Shown: positions 45,500 through 52,923 of the stretch, piece after piece
How the letters are laid out: every line of letters starts with the position of its first letter
How positions within the stretch are numbered: the first letter of the stretch is position 1
Source: a virus
Taxonomy: Duplodnaviria; Caudoviricetes
Direction: 5' to 3' (one strand)
DNA length: 52,923 nucleotides
IMG/VR virus record: IMGVR_UViG_3300038456_000063
Location: 1-52,923 of that record
Made by a program: the position numbers and the translations under genes
Notes under the pieces: model-generated
The model's input: only the letters and a program-made list of their open reading frames with translations
Databases searched by the model: none
Told to the model about the DNA's origin: nothing

Positions 45500-45509
45500 G
45501 ATGGCCTCC

Positions 45510-48167
45510 CTAAGCCGTGACAAGTTGACCCTCGAACTCCAAGGAGCCCGTGTAGCTGTACTTGCTGTCTTGCACCACCGGGTCAGTGGGCTTGGTGATG
45601 ATGCCAGTCCATTGGCGGCCCTCCCAATCCCAGAGGCCGATTTCTAGGCCCAGGTGGTTCTCCATGAATTCCAGCAAGGCTTCCGCCTGGGCAGGCTTCA
45701 ATGCAGAGAAGGTCAGCACGAGGGTCTGAATCTTCGGCCACATGGGGTCTGCGTAGACGACCAGCGTACCGCCGCGAGTCTCGCGGCTGATACGGTTGAA
45801 CTGCAAGCGGTCCTTGTTGCCAAACTCCGGGGCACGCAAGACGAGGGTGTCCGTGGCCGTGCCCGTAGGCGGGTAGAACAAAGTAAACTCGCCGGGTGCC
45901 AACGAGCTAGGACCAGTCAAGGTGGCTGGCGGCGGGGCCGGGTTGCCGGCGGTGCCGCTGCCCACGAAGGGGTGGTAGTCCCTCTTCACCAGCGCATAGG
46001 GCACGATGTAGACAAACGACTGCTCGACGACGATGTTGTCCGTGACGTGCAAGGCCCGCACGACCTTGACCGATGCCTTGTCTCCAATGGACAGGAAATC
46101 AATCGTCGGCGGCTTGCCGAGGGTGGCCAAAGCCATGTCGCCGAGAACGAGAGTGTCACCCTCGTCAGCCGGCACAACCGTGTTCGCGGCATCGTGGAGG
46201 GCCAGGGCGTCGGTCGCCCCTGCCGTCAGTCCGCCAGCGTGGACCACTCCGCAATCGGCGATGTGTCCGAATGAAAGCCGGTCTACTTGCACTTGCGAAG
46301 GATGTCCGACATTTCCTCCGGCGTAATCCTGCAAACCCGTGAAAGTGGTTTCGGACTCCAACGTATCGGGGTCGATAATTGAAGTGACCAACTGCGTGAG
46401 GGGATCGACCGCGCCGACGTAAACCGGCCCGGCTTCCCCGGCAACATCCGACACGGACAAGGCATCGGTGGCCGAGGCCCACTTGGGGCTGTGATAAGCC
46501 AAGACCCCCGAATCCGCAAGAGTCGTGATTGGGTCTTGTACCGACAGCCGTATCTTGGTGTTGTGGACAGATGGCGAGTCGGACACAGCGATAGTGTCCG
46601 TAACGGCCACGCGATGTGAGGCGTTCCGGCCGTTGCCGGCGTCTTGCACCTTGATCGTGTCGGTTGCAGCGGCACGCTGCTCGGAGTCGTGGCCGCCGGC
46701 TAGATTGGACACCGTGACCGTATCGACTGCCTTGGCTTGCGTCACCTTCCGGGCGGTCGCTCGATCCGAGATCGTCAGTGGATCAGCAATTCGTTTGGCG
46801 ACTAAGGCAGTGGCACTGTCGAAAAGTTGCAAAGCGCCGCTGTTGCCTTCTTCAATCGACTTGTGCCAGACGCCTTGATCCGTAATGGAAAGGCCGTCCA
46901 ATGCGGCGATTGCGAAGCTGTGCCCCGCCATGTTCGGTTCGGCAAAAGCCAGGTTGTCCGTCACAGCGCCGCTGAACGGTCGCCCATAGTAGGGAGCATC
47001 GTTCAAGGCTATGGCGTCCGTCGCGCCCACACCACGCGATACGAGGAGTGTCGCCTGTTGACCGAGAGAAAGAGCGCTGCTGGAATTCGCCAACTCGGCC
47101 GGAATGCGCTCTGCCATGAGGTAGAGTTCGCCGATGGACGTGACCGAGCCACCGTTATTCGCCGTGGCCAAGAGTCGATAGTAGCTGTAGCTGCTCGTGA
47201 GCGCCAGCGGATAGGCCCGCCGTTCGCCCGCATTCCAGCCCGTCTCCGCAGAGATCGCGTTGGTGAGCGTGACCCACGTACTGCCGTCGTTCGAGCCTTG
47301 CAGGCCGAAAGCCTGGGGCATTTCATCGGCGTGGGCGGGGTCAAGGGGAGCCCACAAGGCGAACGAGACGACTTCCGTGGGGCTGTTGAACTGGTATTGC
47401 CACCAGACCGGAGCACCGGTCGTAGGCACGGCCGCTATCGAAGCTATGCTGGTATCATCATAGGCGTTGTCGAACGCCATGTAGGCCGTGGACGAGCCAT
47501 CCGAGGAACTTGCCACGCCGACTCCCGCTGGCGTGGTGTTGCCCGACATGATCGGGACCAGATTGGGCGGCCCGTACAGGAACAACTCGCCCAGCGAGAC
47601 TTGGCTGGGGTCGCCATTGTTGGCCGTGACCGTAAGCCGATAGTAGGTGTACCAGTCGGCGAGATCGACTCCGAAGACCCGCTTCTGACCGGCCAGCCAA
47701 TTGGAGGCATTCGTCACCGTCGCCAAGGTCGTCCAATTGATCCCGTCGTTCGAGCCCAAGAGGCGGAAGTTCTGGGGCATTTCGGCCGGGTAATTGTCTG
47801 AGCGGCTCCAAAGGGCAAAACACTCGACCCTTTGCGGTTGCGGAAACTGGTACTGCCACCACACCGGGTAGCTGGCGGCCAGCACGCTCATGTGGTTGTC
47901 GTCATTGCCGCCGTCAAAGACGCGATAGGCAGGATCGCTGCCGGAACCGAAGAGGGCCGACGAACTGGCCACGCCGAGGGGCGTGTTGTCGCTCGTCATT
48001 ATCGGCGTCAAAGGCAACTGGATGCGGACTAGAGACACCGAGGCTGCATCGCCCATCGCCAGGGCATCGGTATCGTTGGTTCCGCCGAAGGCGGTGGCGT
48101 CGGCACCGACGATGATGTGGGCCAACTCTGACGAGGCAATTCCAAGTCTGCCAGTAAATGCACCCAT
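45510..48167 (-). CDS. Tail protein: two discoidin/F5/8-type C domains, repeat stalk, C-terminal Dit-like domain
   Basis: Duplicated PxMxxxxTPxGVxxSS...AY.xFD...WWQYQF...MPQxFxLxGSNDGxxW...YxYYRL; DxLxxxD stalk repeats. Confidence 0.75.
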   Translation of the reverse strand: MGAFTGRLGIASSELAHIIVGADATAFGGTNDTDALAMGDAASVSLVRIQLPLTPIMTSDNTPLGVASSSALFGSGSDPAYRVFDGGNDDNHMSVLAASYPVWWQYQFPQPQRVECFALWSRSDNYPAEMPQNFRLLGSNDGINWTTLATVTNASNWLAGQKRVFGVDLADWYTYYRLTVTANNGDPSQVSLGELFLYGPPNLVPIMSGNTTPAGVGVASSSDGSSTAYMAFDNAYDDTSIASIAAVPTTGAPVWWQYQFNSPTEVVSFALWAPLDPAHADEMPQAFGLQGSNDGSTWVTLTNAISAETGWNAGERRAYPLALTSSYSYYRLLATANNGGSVTSIGELYLMAERIPAELANSSSALSLGQQATLLVSRGVGATDAIALNDAPYYGRPFSGAVTDNLAFAEPNMAGHSFAIAALDGLSITDQGVWHKSIEEGNSGALQLFDSATALVAKRIADPLTISDRATARKVTQAKAVDTVTVSNLAGGHDSEQRAAATDTIKVQDAGNGRNASHRVAVTDTIAVSDSPSVHNTKIRLSVQDPITTLADSGVLAYHSPKWASATDALSVSDVAGEAGPVYVGAVDPLTQLVTSIIDPDTLESETTFTGLQDYAGGNVGHPSQVQVDRLSFGHIADCGVVHAGGLTAGATDALALHDAANTVVPADEGDTLVLGDMALATLGKPPTIDFLSIGDKASVKVVRALHVTDNIVVEQSFVYIVPYALVKRDYHPFVGSGTAGNPAPPPATLTGPSSLAPGEFTLFYPPTGTATDTLVLRAPEFGNKDRLQFNRISRETRGGTLVVYADPMWPKIQTLVLTFSALKPAQAEALLEFMENHLGLEIGLWDWEGRQWTGIITKPTDPVVQDSKYSYTGSLEFEGQLVTA

Positions 48168-48179
48168 GAGATTACCTCG

Positions 48180-49877
48180 CTAGATTACTGGGGTTGTCCC
48201 GTCCGCGTTCAAGCCATTGTAGAGGTTCGTGACCTCTGCCTGGGTGAGAGCCCGGTTGTAGATGCGAATGTCGCACAAGAGGCCACGATAGCGATACTGT
48301 GGATAGCTGTTGTTCATATCCAACTGTGCCATGCCGCCCACGGCCACTTGAGCCAGTTGATCGTTGGAAGTGAAACCACCGACCCCGGTGTCGGGCTGAC
48401 TCACGGAGTTCAGATAGTATTGCGGAATGCTGGTCGGATAACCGACCGGCAGGATAATGACAAGGTGATACCACGTATCCTGGCTGGGGACGGCCGCGAT
48501 TCCCGAACCGCCCCAGTCATAGTCCTGGCTGATGGAGCCCGCATTTATGTTCGTGCTCCAATTGGCGCTTTGGTTCTGTGTTCCGTAACTGAACGCGCAA
48601 CCGGCGACACCTGACCAACTCACCGAGGAAGGCAGCTTGAACCAAAGGGAAAGGGTTCGCGGGTTGTATCCAAAAGGAAGGCTCCAACCTCCGACGCCCG
48701 TGCCTTCGGTCGTGTCCCGCACGACGACAGCGCCCGCGCCGTCCAGAGGGAAGACGGCGCTGCGACAGTTGGGGTTGGCAAGGTTCGCCGGCACGTCCGT
48801 CGAAAGACTCGGCCATGTGCCGCAGACCACATGCTGCAAGTGATTGCCCAACCCGGAAGAATCGGCAAAGCCGCCCGTGGGGTCGGCGTCATTCAGCTTG
48901 TACCAAGCGACAAGTCCCGCCTCCGGCAGATCGCCGGTGTAGCCCTCGTACCAGGCAAGCAGGGTATGGCTCGTGGCCACGTTGTTTTGGGCCATGCAGA
49001 AGAAAACCAACTGGTCGGGCAGGCCGCCGTTGAAGGTGCCGTCTTGCTGCTGGCTGCCGCCCCACACCAGAATCCAGTCGATGCCGTTGTTGGAGACGAA
49101 GAAGCCCCAGCCAATGCCCGTGTCCGTCACCAGAGCGGCCTTGATCCAAAGCCGTTCGTTGCAGGACACGGCAGTCGGACCCAAGTTGTAGCTGTTCGGT
49201 GTCGAGTCCGGCCCCGACTGACCGTTGCGAACAAAAATCTGCGATGTCGTAGGACACCATTGCAGCAGAGAGACCGCTCCCGTCGTGCTGCATCGAAAGC
49301 CGATTCCTTTGAAGCCGACACTGTTGCTGTTCGATCCCGCATCCACACAGGCCACTAGCTGGGTCACGGCCCCGGAAGGCAGGGGCCGGGTGAGAAACAT
49401 GCCGGCCGCGATGTTCGCGCCGACAGGCTTGAAGACCGAGATTCCGCCGCCATTCTGCGTCATTACGGCGTTGTGGTCGAGGTCAACGACACCGAAGTCG
49501 CCGGGGCTCAAGGCGTTGCCGATTTGCAGTGGGTTGCCCGTGGCGTTGACAATACGAAAGGGAAGCTGCGTCCCGGCCCAGGGGAGGTTGTCGGACAAGT
49601 AAGTCTGCACGGAGCCGGTGGTCAAAATCGAGGCCAGGGGCGTCCTGTCGTCGTAGGCGGCAGGGGTCGTGTTTTCCACGCCCCGGACTACCGTGAGCAC
49701 GTCGCCCGTGCGAGCGGTGCAAAGCACAATCTCGGTGCCAATCGTCAAGCGATAGTCGCCGCCGGCCGGAAACAAGGCACCGTCTCCGGTCTTCAACGTA
49801 AGGGTCGTCGCCGTGGACGTGATGCTACCATTCAGCGCGGATACGGCGGCGTTGACAAGTTGTTCGCGTCGAGTCAT
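48180..49877 (-). CDS. Tail fibre / receptor-binding protein with LamG domain
   Basis: RREQLVNAA N-module; GLVAWYKLND...WYHLV...GLLCDIRIYNRALTQAEV LamG signature. Confidence 0.75.
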   Translation of the reverse strand: MTRREQLVNAAVSALNGSITSTATTLTLKTGDGALFPAGGDYRLTIGTEIVLCTARTGDVLTVVRGVENTTPAAYDDRTPLASILTTGSVQTYLSDNLPWAGTQLPFRIVNATGNPLQIGNALSPGDFGVVDLDHNAVMTQNGGGISVFKPVGANIAAGMFLTRPLPSGAVTQLVACVDAGSNSNSVGFKGIGFRCSTTGAVSLLQWCPTTSQIFVRNGQSGPDSTPNSYNLGPTAVSCNERLWIKAALVTDTGIGWGFFVSNNGIDWILVWGGSQQQDGTFNGGLPDQLVFFCMAQNNVATSHTLLAWYEGYTGDLPEAGLVAWYKLNDADPTGGFADSSGLGNHLQHVVCGTWPSLSTDVPANLANPNCRSAVFPLDGAGAVVVRDTTEGTGVGGWSLPFGYNPRTLSLWFKLPSSVSWSGVAGCAFSYGTQNQSANWSTNINAGSISQDYDWGGSGIAAVPSQDTWYHLVIILPVGYPTSIPQYYLNSVSQPDTGVGGFTSNDQLAQVAVGGMAQLDMNNSYPQYRYRGLLCDIRIYNRALTQAEVTNLYNGLNADGTTPVI

Positions 49878-49893
49878 GGTATCACCTGTGTCT

Positions 49894-51525
49894 TTACAAA
49901 ACTATCGCCGTGCCGTCTGCATTGAGGCCAGAGTAGAGATTAGCGGCTTCCGTCTGACTGAGGGCACGCTTGTAGACCCGAATGTCGCAGACTTGGCCCA
50001 CGTAGTTCTGGTCCGTCGCGCCGGTCGCCCGCCGCGAGAAACAAATGCAGCCGGGTTGGGTGTTGATATATTGACTCATGGCCGTGGGCACCAGCACGCC
50101 GTCCACGTAGAAGGTCACAGTGCCGGAGAGGCAGACCACGGCAACGTGATGCCAGTTTCCGTCCGGCCAAGTGCTGTAGGGTGTTGGCCAACTGCTGGGG
50201 GAGACCGTGTTGGCCGAGGCCCAGCCCATATCAATACTAAAGCCGCCGGAATTAAGCTGAACCACGAACTGCGCGCTGTTCGTTACCTCTCCGTGGCCGA
50301 GCAAGTTCCCGCCGTTGGTGGATTTGAACCACATGGCATAGGTTCGATCCACGCTGCCAATCGCCCACATGCCGAAGTCGCCTGCCCCGGCGTTGCTGGC
50401 GTTGAAGCAACCGGCTGAGCCGTCGAAACTGAGGCTGCTCGTAAATGGCGAGCGGGGAACGTCCGTCAATGCCGCAGGGGATGTTTGCTGGCCGTTGGTG
50501 TACGTGCCATCGACCTGCATGTGCAAACTCGCCGGCCCGTAATCGGCTATGAGACCTTGGGCCGGGTTTTCATTGCACTTGTACCAGCTTATCAGTCCCG
50601 TCTCGGTGAGGTTGGCCCCTTCGTCCCAGGCAAAGAGATTCGCCGTGCTGCCTTGGGCGCTGGCAGACTGGGCCAGGAAGCCAATCTTATCAGGCAGGGA
50701 GGAGCCGAAGAGTGAACTCAAAATCTGATACTGGATCGGCACCCAGGTCAGACCGTTGCTGGATACGCTAAAGACCGCCGTTACCCCGTTGCAGCAAAGC
50801 CGCAGCCACATTCGCGGCAAGAAACTGACGACAGGGGTGCTCCCCCAGTTCGTGTTACCCCAGGTCGCGGCACTGGCCGTGCCGACAGCGCTAAATTGCT
50901 GCACGGTCAACTGGGAAGTGATCGGCGAGTACAACAGGGCGACACCGACGCCGGTGGTTGAATTGCAGAGTCCCAGGCCGGCATTCAGATTAGCCGCCCC
51001 GGAGACTCCCATTCCGCCCACGCACGCAGTCACCACGTAAGGGAACGGCGACGGCAAGGGGCGAGTCAGCCATGTCGCATAATTGCTGCCATTCGTTCCA
51101 CGCCGGTTGACGGTGATTGTTGGCCCAAGCTGCTTAATGCAGGGAGTGCTCCCGCTCTTAATCACGGTAAAGCTGCTGGCGGTCAGGGGATTGCCGTCGC
51201 TATCCGTGAGCCGAAGGGGCGGTTGCGTATCGACCAGTGGGATATTGTCCCGGAGAAACGCCTGGACGCCAGCTTGGGTCAGGACATGGACCACGGCGGC
51301 GCTGCTGGCATGGGACGTTGCCGTGGTCCCTTCAATCCCGCGAACAACGGTCAGAGTGTTGCCGGTGACGGCCGTGCAGAGCACAAGTTCCTTCTCCACG
51401 AGCAGGCGAAAATCGCCGGCAATGGGCAGGACGCTCGTGCTAGCCACGGAAAGGACCGTCGCCGCGCCATCGACGCCAACCGTCAGCGTCGTGGCCGCAT
51501 TATTCATCAGTTGTTCGCGTCTCAT
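49894..51525 (-). CDS. Tail fibre / receptor-binding protein with LamG domain (paralog)
   Basis: RREQLMNNA N-module; GLISWYK...DGNWHHVAV...GQVCDIRVYKRALSQTE. Confidence 0.75.
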   Translation of the reverse strand: MRREQLMNNAATTLTVGVDGAATVLSVASTSVLPIAGDFRLLVEKELVLCTAVTGNTLTVVRGIEGTTATSHASSAAVVHVLTQAGVQAFLRDNIPLVDTQPPLRLTDSDGNPLTASSFTVIKSGSTPCIKQLGPTITVNRRGTNGSNYATWLTRPLPSPFPYVVTACVGGMGVSGAANLNAGLGLCNSTTGVGVALLYSPITSQLTVQQFSAVGTASAATWGNTNWGSTPVVSFLPRMWLRLCCNGVTAVFSVSSNGLTWVPIQYQILSSLFGSSLPDKIGFLAQSASAQGSTANLFAWDEGANLTETGLISWYKCNENPAQGLIADYGPASLHMQVDGTYTNGQQTSPAALTDVPRSPFTSSLSFDGSAGCFNASNAGAGDFGMWAIGSVDRTYAMWFKSTNGGNLLGHGEVTNSAQFVVQLNSGGFSIDMGWASANTVSPSSWPTPYSTWPDGNWHHVAVVCLSGTVTFYVDGVLVPTAMSQYINTQPGCICFSRRATGATDQNYVGQVCDIRVYKRALSQTEAANLYSGLNADGTAIVL

Positions 51526-51528
51526 GCT

Positions 51529-52923
51529 TTAAGCCCCTTCGTCCCATGCCAAGAGGGTTCCGGTTTCCTGCGAATAGTTCTGCGTGCCGGCCCAAAAGAC
51601 CACGGTATCGAGCGCCGGGCTGGTGGCTGCATAGGTGCTGAGAAGCGTCCAATGCACACCGTCCGCCGAAACACTGTAGGACGACGTTCCATCGCCGTTG
51701 ACTCGGACTTGCAGCCACAGCCGGGAAACACTGCTGAAATCCCCGCCGTTGTAAGCTATGCTGCCCCGATTGTTCGTGGCGAGCCACTCCGCTACCGTGA
51801 GTTTCGTTTCATTGGCAAACCAGCACGTTATGAGCCTTCCATTGCCGCCGCCGCCAGCCGCCTGCTGAAAACTCGCCAGATTTATCAGGCCAATGCCAAC
51901 ATCGGAGAGAATAGTACCGCCCCAGGTCGTGCTAAGCCCTGTTACGCAGGCCGTGACTTGCGACGAGGCGGGGAGCGGGCGTGTCAGGCAAACGGCGTGA
52001 TAGCTGCCGTTGCCGTAACGCAACGCGACTTCAATCGTGCTGTCAACCTGTCGAACCCATCCGCCCCCGACCTGGGCGATGATGCCGAAATCGGAAAGTC
52101 CCAAGGGGTTGCCGAGGGCGTCTACCAGACGGAAGGGCCGCTGCAAGGTGCTCGTGTAGGGCACGTTGTCTTGCAGCAGAGTTTGCAATGAGCCTTGGGT
52201 CAGGACGTGGGCCACGACCGCGCCGCTGACATGGGCCGCTGCCACCGTGTTTTCCTGGCCCCGAAGGACCGTCAACACGTTGCTGGCAACCGCCACGCAG
52301 AGCATGATTTCCTGGTCCACCAGCAGGCGAAAATCGCCGCCGGTCGGAAACTGGGTGCCATCCGTCACGGTAATCGTGGTGGTTGTCGCCAGGGCCGCGC
52401 TTGCCAGTTGGGAGGCCGAGAGGTTCTCGAATTGTTCCCGGCGCACCGGGGACAAGATCAAATCGCTCGTGCTGCCGGTCGTGGCCGCAGCCGTCGTCGG
52501 CGTGCCGACCGTCACCAGGGACGTGCTACTTTGAATGCTGTGGTCCGTGGCAAGGTAGTTCGCCGAGCGGCCCACAAAAGTGATCCGCACTTCATCCAGG
52601 TTGCCGACAAACTGGCCGGAGCCGTTGCTATCGTTGCCCATCACAATGCCCGTGCCAGAGCCGCCGCCGATACCGCCATATTGGCTCACGGCGAGGGGGC
52701 TCCCGTCAACAGCATAGATATAGTTCGTGGGCGTTCCTTGTCCGCCGCCGTTGTAGGAGACGGCAAGCTGATGCCAACTGTTTTGGTTGTTGTCGAGGGC
52801 AACGACAGAGGAGTTAGAGACTAGCGCGTTGTAGCCTCTGAACCCGGAATAAAGCGTGTTGCCTGCCAGGCTGGGACTGCCAATCTCGCCAGTCGCCAGC
52901 ATGAACTCGCTCAAGCCGCTCAT
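51529..52923 (-). CDS. Tail fibre protein (probably 5'-truncated by window): LamG followed by RREQ module
   Basis: SWHQLAVSY...FVGNLDEVRI LamG, then internal VRREQFENLSA module ending LLAWDEGA. Confidence 0.7.
   Translation of the reverse strand: MSGLSEFMLATGEIGSPSLAGNTLYSGFRGYNALVSNSSVVALDNNQNSWHQLAVSYNGGGQGTPTNYIYAVDGSPLAVSQYGGIGGGSGTGIVMGNDSNGSGQFVGNLDEVRITFVGRSANYLATDHSIQSSTSLVTVGTPTTAAATTGSTSDLILSPVRREQFENLSASQLASAALATTTTITVTDGTQFPTGGDFRLLVDQEIMLCVAVASNVLTVLRGQENTVAAAHVSGAVVAHVLTQGSLQTLLQDNVPYTSTLQRPFRLVDALGNPLGLSDFGIIAQVGGGWVRQVDSTIEVALRYGNGSYHAVCLTRPLPASSQVTACVTGLSTTWGGTILSDVGIGLINLASFQQAAGGGGNGRLITCWFANETKLTVAEWLATNNRGSIAYNGGDFSSVSRLWLQVRVNGDGTSSYSVSADGVHWTLLSTYAATSPALDTVVFWAGTQNYSQETGTLLAWDEGA

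Noticed and set aside
46821-46855. Sixth promoter copy (GAAAAGTTGCAA), and a lone AAAACCAG at ~7457
   Set aside because: Each has only one half-site, with no partner box at 11 nt.
48180-52923. Diversity-generating retroelement or invertible fibre cassette
   Set aside because: No reverse transcriptase, no near-identical TR/VR pair with adenine-specific differences, and no invertase or inverted crossover sites were seen.

Overview
A ~53 kb, GC-rich, densely coding slice of a large tailed dsDNA phage genome (or phage-plasmid). No capsid, terminase or integrase is visible in the window. Most genes are on the minus strand, except one plus-strand block (33031-39997) that starts at a long inverted repeat. 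The window holds a replication set (PolA, AEP primase-SF3 helicase, SNF2 helicase, ATP-dependent ligase, DnaQ, VRR-NUC, two ParB-like proteins) and nucleotide enzymes (DeoC, NDT-like, HAD nucleotidase, dNMP kinase, possible degenerate ThyX). It also holds three DNA methyltransferases, an RNA ligase, two radical-SAM-type proteins, a sigma-70 factor and a tail-tip module with tandem LamG/discoidin fibre genes. A ribosomal protein bS21 gene missing from the ORF track and a PEP-CTERM protein suggest a Planctomycetota/PVC host (inference). The most notable signals read directly from the DNA are these: (1) a bipartite motif TSAMAACCAG-N11-TTGCAACTCTCT in five same-strand copies with identical spacing, a probable promoter for the phage sigma factor; (2) a related ~97 bp divergent palindrome at the strand switch; (3) a recurring GCGT-GTAA-ACGC site; (4) one canonical tRNA-Asn plus three tRNA-like elements with intact acceptor and T arms but deformed anticodon arms; (5) three intergenic structured-RNA candidates, two of which share an apical-loop motif. 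All family calls come from motif recognition by eye; no searches were run.
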